From the NCBI GenBank assembly GCA_965220895.1, contig OZ244850.1, positions 596,861 through 660,860 of the forward strand: a DNA stretch of 64,000 nucleotides, given 5' to 3'. The number at the start of each line of letters is the position of its first letter. Within the stretch, counting starts at the first letter, position 1. The position numbers and the translations under genes were made by a program. A model generated the notes under the pieces. That model saw nothing but the letters and a program-made list of their open reading frames with translations, was not told where the DNA came from and did no database searches. Origin of the DNA: Gammaproteobacteria bacterium (GTDB lineage: Bacteria > Pseudomonadota > Gammaproteobacteria > UBA4575). Below, piece after piece: positions 10,813-21,009 of this stretch.

Positions 10813-10976
10813 TTTTTACTCCCCTGAAAATATTTGGGTCTAGCGCAACGGGAGCCTACTATACCATGCCCCCCAAGGCGGCATGGACCCCAGGCTCTGC
10901 GGGTTTGTACGGCAAGATTATGATGATATTTTCAAACCCCTAATAGGGTAAAATCGCGAAAACGGATTGCACCGAC

Positions 10977-13004
10977 ATGCCCAAAACAAAACGAAATATC
11001 CTCGTCACCAGCGCACTGCCTTATGCCAACGGACCCATACATATCGGACATCTGGTCGAGTACATTCAAACCGACATCTGGACCCGGTTTCAGAAAATGT
11101 GCGGGCACGATTGCCTGTACATATGTGCAGATGACGCCCATGGCACACCGATCATGCTCAAGGCCCAGCAGGAGGGAATAAGCCCTGAACAACTGATCGC
11201 TCGAGTCAGCGCCGAGCATCAGGAAGATTTCTCAGACTTTCATATCCAGTTCGATAACTACCACTCCACCCATTCCGAAGAAAACAGGATTCATTCCACA
11301 CGCATCTACGAACGCCTGAAAAAGGGTGGATACATCACCACAAAAACGGTCGTCGACCTGTTTGACCCGCAGGATCAGGTATTTTTGCCTGACCGTTTCG
11401 TGAAGGGCGAATGCCCGAAATGCGGCGCCAAAGACCAGTACGGGGATAACTGCGAGGTCTGTGGAAGTACGTACACGCCCGCAGACCTGATCAACCCCTA
11501 CTCATCGGTCAGCGGTGCCACACCGGTCAAAAAGGAAAACCTGCACTACTTCTTCAGGTTGAACGACTTCAAGGAAGTGCTGCGTGACTGGATCGAGAAC
11601 AGGCCACTGCAACCGGGAATTACCAACAAGCTCAAAGAGTGGTTTCAGGAAGACCTGAGGGACTGGGACATCTCCCGTGACGCACCCTATTTCGGTTTTG
11701 AAATCCCTGATGCGCCAGGCAAGTATTTCTACGTGTGGCTGGATGCGCCGGTAGGGTACATGGCCAGTCTGCAACAGTACTGTGACCGCACGGGCCGGGA
11801 TTTCGATGCTTACTGGGATGCCGACAGTGAATACGAGGTGTACCATTTTATCGGCAAGGACATCGCCTACTTCCATATGCTGTTCTGGCCTGCGATGCTG
11901 CACGGTGCAAACTATCGAATCCCCACTGCTGTTTACTGTCACGGATTCCTGACGGTCGACGGTCAAAAGATGTCGAAATCGCGGGGCACCTTCGTCAAGG
12001 CGCGTACTTATCTCGACCATCTGAACCCGGAGTATTTGCGTTACTACTTTGCGGCAAAGCTGGGGCCTGATGTCAGCGACATTGATCTCAGCCTGGATGA
12101 CTTCCAGCAACGTGTAAACAGTGATGTTGTGGGAAAACTGGTGAACATAGCCAGTCGCTGCTCCGGGTTTATTCACAAGTACTTTGAAGGAAAACTGACT
12201 TCGGCGTTCATCGAAGGCGGGCAGGAGGTGTTTGATACCGCAGTACACGGTCACGAGCACATAAAACAGCTCTACGAATCCCGCAACTATTCGCAAGCCA
12301 TGCGATCGATCATGAAGCATGCCGATGAAGCCAACCAGATCATCGATGCACACAAGCCCTGGGAGCTCGCAAAAGACGAAACCAAGCATGACCAGGTGCA
12401 TCAGGTCTGCAGCTTTGGCCTGAACATGTACCGGCTGCTGAGTGGCTACCTGAAACCCGTGATGCCCGAACTTGCGAAAAAATCTGAAACCTTCCTGAAT
12501 ACACAAACCTGCTGGGATGACCTGGCATCGGGAAAACCATTGCCGGAGGGGCACCAGATAAATACATTCAAGCCCCTGATCACCCGGATCGAAAAAAAGG
12601 CGATAGAGAACATGATTGAAGATTCAAAACAGGATGACACGCCAGCACCAGCTGATCCGATCAGCGACGAAATCACCATCGAGGACTTCGCAAGACTGGA
12701 TTTCAGGATTGCGAAAATTGTCCTGGCAGAACATGTAGATGGGGCTGAAAAACTCCTCAAGCTGACGCTGGACCTTGGAGAGCCTACGGGGAATGTACGG
12801 CGCACCGTGTTTGCAGGAATAAAGTCCGCCTACGACCCGAAAGACATTGAAGGCCGGTTGACCGTGGTGGTTGCGAATCTGGCTCCACGGAAAATGCGTT
12901 TTGGCACTTCAGAAGGAATGGTGCTTGCCGCCGGCCCCGGCGGCAAGGACATATTTCTGCTGCAGCCTGACAGCGGGGCGGTTCCCGGCATGCGCGTGAA
13001 ATAG
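10977..13004 (+). CDS. metG: methionine--tRNA ligase
   Basis: HIGH motif ([11 protein letters not shown]), KMSKS, zinc knuckle CPKCG...CEVCG, and C-terminal tRNA-binding domain. 675 aa. Confidence 0.95.
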   Translation: MPKTKRNILVTSALPYANGPIHIGHLVEYIQTDIWTRFQKMCGHDCLYICADDAHGTPIMLKAQQEGISPEQLIARVSAEHQEDFSDFHIQFDNYHSTHSEENRIHSTRIYERLKKGGYITTKTVVDLFDPQDQVFLPDRFVKGECPKCGAKDQYGDNCEVCGSTYTPADLINPYSSVSGATPVKKENLHYFFRLNDFKEVLRDWIENRPLQPGITNKLKEWFQEDLRDWDISRDAPYFGFEIPDAPGKYFYVWLDAPVGYMASLQQYCDRTGRDFDAYWDADSEYEVYHFIGKDIAYFHMLFWPAMLHGANYRIPTAVYCHGFLTVDGQKMSKSRGTFVKARTYLDHLNPEYLRYYFAAKLGPDVSDIDLSLDDFQQRVNSDVVGKLVNIASRCSGFIHKYFEGKLTSAFIEGGQEVFDTAVHGHEHIKQLYESRNYSQAMRSIMKHADEANQIIDAHKPWELAKDETKHDQVHQVCSFGLNMYRLLSGYLKPVMPELAKKSETFLNTQTCWDDLASGKPLPEGHQINTFKPLITRIEKKAIENMIEDSKQDDTPAPADPISDEITIEDFARLDFRIAKIVLAEHVDGAEKLLKLTLDLGEPTGNVRRTVFAGIKSAYDPKDIEGRLTVVVANLAPRKMRFGTSEGMVLAAGPGGKDIFLLQPDSGAVPGMRVK

Positions 13005-13011
13005 ATATCCA

Positions 13012-13407
13012 GTGCAAAACCACGACACCATCGTCCCGACGGGAAAATATCTAGCAAGAATCGATGAACGACAATGTGTCGGCTGTACGCTGTGCATCAA
13101 GGCCTGTCCCTTTGACGCAATCGTCGGTGCTTCCAGGCAAATGCATACGGTCATCAGCCGGTATTGCACAGGCTGCACGTTGTGCATCCCGCCGTGTCCG
13201 GTCGACTGCATCACGCTGGAAATAAATACCTTCTATAACCAAATCAGCCAAACCGTTTCATCAGGCGAACAGCGAAAGCTGAAAAAAGAATTCGCCGCAT
13301 TTTCGCGCAGCAACAGGAAGCGACGTATACAAAGACTCGAACATGCTCACCGGGAGAAGCAGCGACTGTTCGAACGCAGGAAAAGGGAACTATCGCTCAA
13401 CAAGTAA
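13012..13407 (+). CDS. RnfB/RsxB-like 2x[4Fe-4S] ferredoxin (ferredoxin domain only, basic C-terminal tail)
   Basis: Two CxxCxxCxxxCP motifs ([24 protein letters not shown]). Resembles the C-terminal ferredoxin part of RnfB. Directly upstream of nth. Confidence 0.7.
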   Translation: MQNHDTIVPTGKYLARIDERQCVGCTLCIKACPFDAIVGASRQMHTVISRYCTGCTLCIPPCPVDCITLEINTFYNQISQTVSSGEQRKLKKEFAAFSRSNRKRRIQRLEHAHREKQRLFERRKRELSLNK

Positions 13408-13422
13408 CCTCTTACCCATACA

Positions 13423-14052
13423 ATGAAACAGGAAAAATACGAAAAAATCTTCAGCCGCCTGAAAAAGGCCAATCCGAAGCCAAGAACCGAACTCGTACAC
13501 AAGTCCAATTTTGAACTGCTGGTCTCCGTCATACTCTCCGCCCAGGCCACGGACGTAAGTGTTAACAAGGCCACCAAGGACCTTTACAAAGTGGCCAATA
13601 CGCCAAGAAAAATGCTCAAGCTCGGGGAGAAAAAACTGAAGACCTATATCAAGTCAATCGGCTTATACAACAGCAAGGCTGAGAATATCATCAAGACCTG
13701 CCGCATCCTGCTTGAAGACCACGGGGGACGAGTCCCTCGCAACCGTGAAGCACTGCAGACATTGCCAGGGGTCGGCAGGAAGACCGCTAACGTGATCCTG
13801 AACAACGCCTTCAATCAGCCGACCATTGCGGTGGACACGCACATATTCCGGGTATCGAACCGGACCGGCCTCGCCCCTGGGAAAAATGTACTTGCCGTAG
13901 AACTTGAACTGGAAAAGCGGGTGCCGGAAAAATACAAGCTGCATGCACATCACTGGCTCATCCTGCTCGGCCGCTACATTTGCGTGGCACGCAAGCCGAA
14001 ATGCCAGGAATGTCCAATTTTCGATCTTTGCGAATACAGTGAAAAGGCGTGA
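13423..14052 (+). CDS. nth: endonuclease III
   Basis: HhH-GPD motif LPGVGRKTANVIL and C-terminal [4Fe-4S] Cys cluster (CxxxxxxCxxCxxxxxC). Confidence 0.95.
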   Translation: MKQEKYEKIFSRLKKANPKPRTELVHKSNFELLVSVILSAQATDVSVNKATKDLYKVANTPRKMLKLGEKKLKTYIKSIGLYNSKAENIIKTCRILLEDHGGRVPRNREALQTLPGVGRKTANVILNNAFNQPTIAVDTHIFRVSNRTGLAPGKNVLAVELELEKRVPEKYKLHAHHWLILLGRYICVARKPKCQECPIFDLCEYSEKA

Positions 14053-14086
14053 TCCGCTAGAAACTATCGTTTAAAGGGAGGCCCAG

Positions 14087-14737
14087 ATGTCCGTACTTGT
14101 CAGCACCGCAAATTCATTGCAGGACCTCCTTGACCGGTTTCGAGTGATTGACTTTTTGGGGCCCCTCGCGCTGCGCCTGTATCTGGCGCCCGTGTTCATT
14201 GCCGTCGGCCTGCATAAATTCATGCATCTGGAAGATATCGCAAGCTGGTTCGGAAACCCCGACTGGGGACTTGGCCTGCCAAGCCCCATGCTCATGGCCA
14301 TTCTCGCGGCATCCGCAGAGCTGTTCGGCGGCATCGCCTTGTTGTTTGGAGTGGCAGTGCGGTGGTTCACCATCCCCCTGATGGTCACCATGCTCGTTGC
14401 AATTTTTGCAGTGCACTGGAACCAGGGCTGGTTTGCAATCGCACCGGGTGATCCTGCAACCAGCACGGCTAAACCCCTTGCATCCATCGGGATTCCGGCT
14501 GCGAGACACAGCCTGGAAAACAGCGAGGAAGTCGGCAAGCGCTTGCAGGCTGCCAAATCCCTGCTGAAAAAACATGGAAACTACAAATGGCTGACGGAAA
14601 AAGGACGTTTCGTGGTATTGAATAACGGTATTGAATTTGCCGCCACCTATTTCGTGATGCTGCTGGTCCTGTTCTTTACAGGCGCAGGCAGGTACCTGTC
14701 CGTGGATTACTGGATTGCCAGACATTTCAGGAAATGA
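14087..14737 (+). CDS. DoxX-family membrane protein
   Basis: Hydrophobic 4-TM DoxX-like core (LAPVFIAVGLHKF...ELFGGIALLFG) with a C-terminal extension. Confidence 0.7.
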   Translation: MSVLVSTANSLQDLLDRFRVIDFLGPLALRLYLAPVFIAVGLHKFMHLEDIASWFGNPDWGLGLPSPMLMAILAASAELFGGIALLFGVAVRWFTIPLMVTMLVAIFAVHWNQGWFAIAPGDPATSTAKPLASIGIPAARHSLENSEEVGKRLQAAKSLLKKHGNYKWLTEKGRFVVLNNGIEFAATYFVMLLVLFFTGAGRYLSVDYWIARHFRK

Positions 14738-14764
14738 ACCGGGCAATTTTCTGATCTTGCGAAT

Positions 14765-15652
14765 TTGCACAGCCCCTCTAAACCACGTCCTATGGATACA
14801 AGCGATCAAACTATCGAAGCGGTCAGCGGCTCGGGCCTTGGTTTGCGGCGGGACTTTCTCGGTGAGCTTGAGGCAAACTGCCCGGCCTGCATCGATTTCA
14901 TGGAAGTTGCACCGGAGAACTGGATAGGTGTCGGCGGAAAACTAAGCAAACGTTTTCATGCCTTCACGGAAAAAGTTCCGTTTGTTTCACACGGACTGTC
15001 ACTCTCGATCGGCAGCCCTGCTCCCCTGGATGAGTCACTGGTGCATGACATCAAGAAATTCATACATGCACATGACATCCGCTGTTACAGCGAACACCTG
15101 AGTTACTGTTCAGATGACGGGCACCTGTATGACCTGATGCCCATCCCCTTTACCGAGGAGGCCGTGCATTATGTCGCCGACAGGATCAAGCGGGTCCAGG
15201 ATATTCTGGAACAGAAAATAGCCATGGAAAATGTTTCCTACTATGCGGCTCCCGGCAAGGAGATGGATGAGATCGATTTCATCAAGGCCGTGCTCAAGGA
15301 GGCCGATTGCAACTTGCTGCTGGACGTGAACAACATCTATGTCAATTCCATCAACCACCAGTATGATCCGACGGGATTCCTGCAGGCATTGCCCGGCGAA
15401 CGCATTGCCTATTGCCACATTGCAGGCCACTACATGGAGGAGGAAGATTTGCTGGTAGACACCCACGGCGCCGGCGTGATCGATCCTGTCTGGGACTTGC
15501 TGGACAAGGCCTACGAGTTGTTCGGTGCTGTGCCGACCTTGCTGGAACGGGATTTCAACATCCCGCCCCTGGAAGATCTGGTACAAGAAGTACATGCCAT
15601 CCGTGACCTGCAGAGCAAGTGGGGCACGGCACCTGGTGTACAGACCGGCTGA
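14765..15652 (+). CDS. DUF692 (UPF0276, MbnB/TglH-like TIM-barrel) protein
   Basis: GLGLRRDF...FMEVAPENW...SHGLSLSIGS...HDIRCYSEHLSY...LLLDVNN...LLERD pattern characteristic of the DUF692 family. Confidence 0.8.
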   Translation: MHSPSKPRPMDTSDQTIEAVSGSGLGLRRDFLGELEANCPACIDFMEVAPENWIGVGGKLSKRFHAFTEKVPFVSHGLSLSIGSPAPLDESLVHDIKKFIHAHDIRCYSEHLSYCSDDGHLYDLMPIPFTEEAVHYVADRIKRVQDILEQKIAMENVSYYAAPGKEMDEIDFIKAVLKEADCNLLLDVNNIYVNSINHQYDPTGFLQALPGERIAYCHIAGHYMEEEDLLVDTHGAGVIDPVWDLLDKAYELFGAVPTLLERDFNIPPLEDLVQEVHAIRDLQSKWGTAPGVQTG

Positions 15653-15655
15653 TCC

Positions 15656-16438
15656 ATGTCTGTGATGCCTTCAAAAATGTCTGCCTTCAAGAAAATCCAG
15701 TACCAGTTTACTGCGCACTTGAGGGATCCGGACCGGCACAGTGCGCCGGAAGACATTGAAGACCGGCGCATGAAAATCTATCGCGGTCTTCTCTTTCGCA
15801 ACGTGCAAAATTTCATCAGCAGTGCATTCCCCGTGCTGCGCAAGCTCTACAGCGACGAGAACTGGCACAGCATGGTCCGGGATTTTTTTGCCAGCCATCG
15901 CTCGGCATCCCCCTATTTCAGGGACATATCCCGGGAATTCCTGGATTATCTGCAAAACGAGAGGACCCCCCGGCCTGAAGATCCGATATTCCTCAACGAG
16001 CTCGCTCACTACGAATGGATGGAAATTTATCTCGCAAATTCAGACCTTGAACCGGACATGACAAATGTAGACCCCGCGGGAGACTTGATGCAGAACGTGC
16101 CGGTCCTTTCTCCCCTCGCGGTATCCTTCAGTTACAACTTCCCCGTGCACAAGATAAGCCCTGATTTTCAGCCGAAACAGGCAAGCGCACAGCCTGTGTT
16201 CCTGATGATCTACCGGGATTTGCAGGACAAAACCGGCTTCATGGAACTGAACTCTCTTACAGCAACGCTGATCGAGCAACTCAAAAACAACAGGCTGGAA
16301 TCAGGTAAACAGATTCTTGAAAGGATTGCCGAAACGCTGCGCCATCCAAACCCGGATACGGTGTTCAGAAACGGGGAGCAGGTCCTCGAGCAGTTGCGCA
16401 CCAAGGATATTTTGCTCGGCACCAGAACACCAAAATAA
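15656..16438 (+). CDS. DUF2063 (MbnC-like putative DNA-binding domain) protein
   Basis: Follows DUF692 with a 3-bp gap. N-terminal FQ..F...IRDPD...IYRGLLFRNVQNFISSAFPVL motif typical of the DUF2063 partner of DUF692. Confidence 0.75.
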   Translation: MSVMPSKMSAFKKIQYQFTAHLRDPDRHSAPEDIEDRRMKIYRGLLFRNVQNFISSAFPVLRKLYSDENWHSMVRDFFASHRSASPYFRDISREFLDYLQNERTPRPEDPIFLNELAHYEWMEIYLANSDLEPDMTNVDPAGDLMQNVPVLSPLAVSFSYNFPVHKISPDFQPKQASAQPVFLMIYRDLQDKTGFMELNSLTATLIEQLKNNRLESGKQILERIAETLRHPNPDTVFRNGEQVLEQLRTKDILLGTRTPK

Positions 16439-16448
16439 GTCTCCTCCA

Positions 16449-16997
16449 TCAAGGGTTCTTGTCTGGCCAAGGTGTCTCTGCGTGGTCAGAACTTGCGGAC
16501 AGTATCCTGCATGAGACGAACAGGAAGTCAGACAACCTGTTCAGGTAGACCTGGATGTCCGGATTGACGGACTGATGCCGGCTCAACACCACCACGCTCC
16601 TTTCCGCCCGTCTGCAAACAGCGCGGGCCAAGTGGCAAACCGAAGCAGCGCTCCCCCCATTGGGCAGTATGAAGCTTTTCAGTGCAGGCAGACTCTCTGT
16701 AAAGGTATCGATCCGAGCTTCCAGATTAGTGACCATCTCAGGATGAACCCGCTTCAAGCTTGGATTGCCTAATTCTGCACCCAGATCAAACAGGCGTTGC
16801 TGGATTTCGATCAGGCTGTCCCTGAGATCGGTTGGCAAGTCTTCGGCCAGGATCATGCCGATGACAGAATTCAGTTCATCGACATCGCCCAGGGCCTGGA
16901 TTTCAGGGCAATCCTTGCGCACACGACGACCACCAGGCAGGCCGGTTTCGCCCCGGTCCCCGGTTCGGGTATAGATTCTGGTTGCCCTGTCGGTCAC
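16449..16997 (-). CDS. cob(I)alamin adenosyltransferase, PduO/MMAB type
   Basis: TRIYTRTGDRGETGL N-terminal hallmark. Probable GTG start at 16997; the longer ATG-initiated ORF would overlap btuB. Confidence 0.8.
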   Translation of the reverse strand: MTDRATRIYTRTGDRGETGLPGGRRVRKDCPEIQALGDVDELNSVIGMILAEDLPTDLRDSLIEIQQRLFDLGAELGNPSLKRVHPEMVTNLEARIDTFTESLPALKSFILPNGGSAASVCHLARAVCRRAERSVVVLSRHQSVNPDIQVYLNRLSDFLFVSCRILSASSDHAETPWPDKNP

Positions 16998-17019
16998 GCG
17001 CAGTCCGCCGACAAATATG

Positions 17020-18807
17020 CTACATGGGTTTAATTTGCAGCTCAGCAAACACGGACTGTCCCGGCATGTTATATCCGGACGCCAGTTCATACTCCTTGTC
17101 GAAAAGGTTTTCCGCCTTCAGCGCCAGTGTTGCATAGGGGAAATGGTACCCGATGGAAACATCAAATAACCCGTAACCCGGCATCTTCACGTCTTGAAAG
17201 CCTCTCCTTTCCGAGGTCACCAGACCATTCGCCTGAATGAAGAATTGCTTTTGGTTGTAGGCTACAGATCCCGTGAGTGTGCGCTTGGCTCTCCTCAGCA
17301 GGGGCACATCGTCCGTTTCGTTGCGAGGGTCCTGGATGATCCCTTCCAGGCCCAGGTCCCAGGCACCAGACTGGTGACCCAGGGCAATTTCCATCCCCCG
17401 GATACGCACCTCATCCACATTCCGGTTCTCATAGGTGAATGTATCCGGGTCGATCAGTGTGGCCTCAATGAGATCATCAATCTTGTTCTCAAAAACACGC
17501 AATGATACGAAAGTCTGCGGAGTCCACTTGTGACGGATCCCTGCCTCCATGGAGCGGGAGGTCTCCTCTTTAAGATCCGGGTTTCCTCCAAATCCGAATC
17601 TTGCATTGCTGTCCGGTGCCCGGAACCCGGTACCTATGCTTGTAAACAGCCGGGTTCCCTGACGCAGCAAATAACCGTATTCGAGGTTCCAGGTCATGGC
17701 ATCATCAAAGTCTTCATGGTCTGTGTAGCGGGTTGCAGTGGAAAGACTGTGCTTGTTTCTTACAAACTGCTCGTGCAGGTACGCTGAAAATATACGTGTA
17801 CTCTCCTTGTAGGAATTCCCAAAGGACAGGGAGTTCGTATCCTCATCCGCCAGTGACATCCCGAGTACGAGCACGTTATCGTTGAACGTGATGTCATTCT
17901 TCCAGTCGTAAACGACCCTGTCGGTCAGGGCATAATCCTCGTTCCCCAGAAAATTGGCCTGGTTCTGGTGGATTTCGTCCCGGGTTCTCGAAACCGACAA
18001 TGCAGACTTCCAGTTGTCCAGCACAGGCCGGCTCATCGACACACTCAGGACATTGTTTTTCCGATCATGGTCAAGATCGGTTCCAAAGCTGTCGTATTCA
18101 GTGTTGCCTTCCACCTGCCAGAAGCCAAACTGGAGTTCCCCAACTCCCGTTTGTGTTCTTATATTGAAGTCCAACGTGTCCCGGTCATGCCCGTGATTCG
18201 TTTCCGAGTCGAGGGCTGCCGGAAACCCTCCGGTCTGCAGCTGACTGAAAGATAGATTGCCCGAGATGCGGTCGCTCGCATAGCCAAGGCGCATGCCTTG
18301 CTCGTCCGTGGAATATCTGCCGGTCGTAACATGAAAATCGGCGCTCTTCGCTTCATCGCGGACAGAAGTGATGACATTGACCACCCCGCCTATGGCTTCA
18401 GATCCGTACACGGTTGAACGGGGACCTTTGACTACCTCGATACGATCAATTACAGAGGTGTCGATCATTTCCAGTGCCGGGGCACCCGTGGTGGCTGAAT
18501 TCATTTTCACATCATTGATGAGTACCGTAGTGTGATTACTGTTCGTGCCTCGGACAAACACGGAGGTCTGCTGTCCAGGGCCACCCGTGCGGCCGATGTC
18601 CAGGCCGGCATGCCATCGCAGCAGGCTTGCGATATCCGCAGCCGGACTGCGCTCGATCATTTCACGGGTAATGACCACTACGGAAGGTATGACCTCCTCA
18701 AGTGACTGGGCATATCGGGCAGGGGTAACGACCACCTCCTCCAGCGCATGTGCGAACGTGCCTACGCTGATCACGCATGCGGCCACGAGGACTCTAAACT
18801 TCATCAC
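17020..18807 (-). CDS. btuB: TonB-dependent outer-membrane receptor, BtuB-like (vitamin B12)
   Basis: Signal peptide, TonB box region (EEVVVTPAR), plug domain NSATTGAPALEMIDTSVIDRIEVVKGPRSTVYGSEAIGGVVNVIT, and a C-terminal beta-barrel ending with an aromatic residue. Confidence 0.85.
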   Translation of the reverse strand: MMKFRVLVAACVISVGTFAHALEEVVVTPARYAQSLEEVIPSVVVITREMIERSPAADIASLLRWHAGLDIGRTGGPGQQTSVFVRGTNSNHTTVLINDVKMNSATTGAPALEMIDTSVIDRIEVVKGPRSTVYGSEAIGGVVNVITSVRDEAKSADFHVTTGRYSTDEQGMRLGYASDRISGNLSFSQLQTGGFPAALDSETNHGHDRDTLDFNIRTQTGVGELQFGFWQVEGNTEYDSFGTDLDHDRKNNVLSVSMSRPVLDNWKSALSVSRTRDEIHQNQANFLGNEDYALTDRVVYDWKNDITFNDNVLVLGMSLADEDTNSLSFGNSYKESTRIFSAYLHEQFVRNKHSLSTATRYTDHEDFDDAMTWNLEYGYLLRQGTRLFTSIGTGFRAPDSNARFGFGGNPDLKEETSRSMEAGIRHKWTPQTFVSLRVFENKIDDLIEATLIDPDTFTYENRNVDEVRIRGMEIALGHQSGAWDLGLEGIIQDPRNETDDVPLLRRAKRTLTGSVAYNQKQFFIQANGLVTSERRGFQDVKMPGYGLFDVSIGYHFPYATLALKAENLFDKEYELASGYNMPGQSVFAELQIKPM

Positions 18808-18859
18808 TGTACGGTCTCCTATGTTAGTGAACCAGAGTTGGCGTGCAGAATACTTTTAT

Positions 18860-19573
18860 CTAGCTTTTACCGTATACCGGTACGGCTGCACCCGTCACGC
18901 CGCTGGCCTGCCTTGAGCAAAGATGCAGGATTTCATCAGCCAGTTCCGCAGTCGGCACCCAGTTGCTGAAGTTGCTGCCCGGCATGTCTGCACGATTTTG
19001 CGGGGTATCGATAGTTCCCGGCATGATGCAATTCACATTGATGTTGTTGTGTTTGTGTTCTGCTGCGAGGCTTTGCGTGAGCGTGATTACGGCCGCCTTG
19101 CTGATACAGTAAGGCGCCATTCTTGCCTTTCCCTCCACCGCTGCGCGGGCAGCCACATTCACGACTCTGCCCCTTCGCCTTTCCAGCATATGCGGGATGA
19201 TTGCACGGCACATGAGAAATACGCTTTTCGCATTCATGTTCAGCATGAAGTCCCAGTCCTGTACCGGTGTTTCGTGCACAAACGGCCCCATCCTGAAGCC
19301 CCCGGCAACATTGGCAAGAATATCGATGCGTTTGAACCGCTGTATGATCTGAGCAACCGAGTGATTCACCTGGTTCACGTCCGTCAGATCGGCCTCAAAC
19401 AAGCCGACATTCTCCGCATGCCTCCAAGAAGCCCGTTGCGAGCGGCCAAAACCGATGTCAATGAGTGCCAGTGTTGCACCAGCCAGGCGGAATTTTTTCG
19501 CTACAGTGCTGCCAAGGTTGCCTGCGGCTCCGGTAACCACTGCCACTTGACCATCGAAATCATGCACGTTCAT
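18860..19573 (-). CDS. short-chain dehydrogenase/reductase family oxidoreductase
   Basis: TGAAGNLG cofactor motif, NVAG, catalytic YxxxK (YCISK). 237 aa. Confidence 0.85.
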   Translation of the reverse strand: MNVHDFDGQVAVVTGAAGNLGSTVAKKFRLAGATLALIDIGFGRSQRASWRHAENVGLFEADLTDVNQVNHSVAQIIQRFKRIDILANVAGGFRMGPFVHETPVQDWDFMLNMNAKSVFLMCRAIIPHMLERRRGRVVNVAARAAVEGKARMAPYCISKAAVITLTQSLAAEHKHNNINVNCIMPGTIDTPQNRADMPGSNFSNWVPTAELADEILHLCSRQASGVTGAAVPVYGKS

Positions 19574-19697
19574 TCCCTGTACTTATCGTGAGAGTGGATT
19601 TTACCTTATCTCTCATGCTCCCATCATTCCGACAGAAACAGCTCCGTCTCTCGACCTGTGGCTGTCACCTGCGGGAAGTCGTGCTTTGGCACTCCAT

Positions 19698-19721
19698 AAA
19701 AAAAGGGAGCAGGGCGCTCCC
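19698..19721 (-). terminator. intrinsic terminator of the nrdAB operon
   Basis: On the minus strand, GGGAGC-GCCCU-GCUCCC hairpin followed by UUUUUUU, 56 nt downstream of the nrdB stop. Confidence 0.6.
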
Positions 19722-19776
19722 TTAATACAACCACCATGAGAGGTGGCCCCATAACGCCGAGAATCGGCCCAGACTC

Positions 19777-21009
19777 TTACCAGGTAAGAGCTCCTCCAGT
19801 TTGATATTCAGTAACCCGGGTTTCGAAAAAGTTCTTTTCTTTCTTCAGATCGAGTATTTCAGACATCCACGGGAAGGGGTTGCCCACACCGGCATACTGC
19901 TGCGGTAAACCAATCTGTGCGCAACGCCGGTTAGCAATGAATTTCAGATACTCTTCAAACATGGGAGCATTCAGGCCGAGAATACCGCGCGGCATGGTAT
20001 CACGGGCATATTGGACCTCAAGCTCCACGCCCTCCTGAATGAGCGCAACAATTTCCTGCTGGAAACTTTCCGTCCATAGATGCGGGTTTTCCATCTTGAT
20101 CTGATTGATAACATCAATACCGAAATTCATGTGCATGGACTCGTCACGCAGGATGTACTGAAACTGTTCGGCAACGCCGGTCATCTTGTTTCGGCGCCCC
20201 ATGGAAAGGATCTGTACAAAACCCACGTAGAAGAAGATGCCCTCAAACACCACATAAAATGCAATCAGGTCTCTTAGCAACCGTTGATCGTCTTCTGCAG
20301 TCCCGGTTTTAAAATCCGGATCACCCAGACTGTTGGTATACGGCAATGCCCATTCGGCCTTGCGGGCAACTGCCGGTAATTCCCGATACATGTTGAACAC
20401 TTCCCCCTCATCCAGACCCAGGGACTCAATGCAGTATTGGTAAGCATGGGTATGGACGGCTTCCTCAAAAGCCTGGCGCAACAAGTATTGCCGGCACTCC
20501 GGATTGGTGATGTGCCGGTACACAGCCAGTACCAGGTTATTTGCGACCAGAGAGTCTGCCGTGGAGAAGAACCCCAGATTGCGTTTGATGATGGTGCGCT
20601 CATCTTCGGTCAGGCCATCCGGGTCTTTCCACAACGCTATATCAGCCGTCATGTTGATTTCCTGGGGCATCCAGTGATTGGCACATCCATCCAGGTATTT
20701 CTGCCAGGCCCACTCGTACTTGAAGGGCACCAGCTGATTCAGATCAGCACGGCAATTGATGATTTTTTTATCATCGACCTGGATACGGTCGGCACCTCTG
20801 TCGATGCTCTCCAGGCCAGTAACACCTTCATGTCGTTCCTGATCTTCAGGCTGTTCGGGGAATGTCCGCGCTCGTGTGTCCAGAACCTGCGGGTCTACAA
20901 AAACGGCAGGTGCGGTAACACTTGACGTGCTGGCTCGTGTATCAGCGATCGGATCTTCCCAACTTTCCATAACAGCTTCTCCCTTAAAGTTATTACCGCT
21001 TACTGGCAA
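19777..21009 (-). CDS. nrdB: ribonucleotide-diphosphate reductase beta subunit (class Ia, Pseudomonas-type long N-terminus)
   Basis: Di-iron ligand motifs ([12 protein letters not shown]), C-terminal tyrosine-containing tail. The start may instead be the internal MESWEDP (20970), which would remove the 10-nt overlap with nrdA. Confidence 0.9.
   Translation of the reverse strand: MPVSGNNFKGEAVMESWEDPIADTRASTSSVTAPAVFVDPQVLDTRARTFPEQPEDQERHEGVTGLESIDRGADRIQVDDKKIINCRADLNQLVPFKYEWAWQKYLDGCANHWMPQEINMTADIALWKDPDGLTEDERTIIKRNLGFFSTADSLVANNLVLAVYRHITNPECRQYLLRQAFEEAVHTHAYQYCIESLGLDEGEVFNMYRELPAVARKAEWALPYTNSLGDPDFKTGTAEDDQRLLRDLIAFYVVFEGIFFYVGFVQILSMGRRNKMTGVAEQFQYILRDESMHMNFGIDVINQIKMENPHLWTESFQQEIVALIQEGVELEVQYARDTMPRGILGLNAPMFEEYLKFIANRRCAQIGLPQQYAGVGNPFPWMSEILDLKKEKNFFETRVTEYQTGGALTW

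Noticed and set aside
11502-12554. Long antisense ORF (350 aa) inside metG, and similar antisense ORFs inside nrdA, dsrB, cas9 and ptsI
   Set aside because: They are fully contained within and opposite to well-supported genes and have no motifs. These are typical GC-rich frame artefacts.
18808-19776. Cobalamin riboswitch expected upstream of btuB
   Set aside because: Only 52 bp separate btuB from a bona fide SDR gene. The region upstream of the SDR gene has a GCCACAG-like element but lacks the other conserved riboswitch blocks and is largely taken up by the nrdAB terminator.
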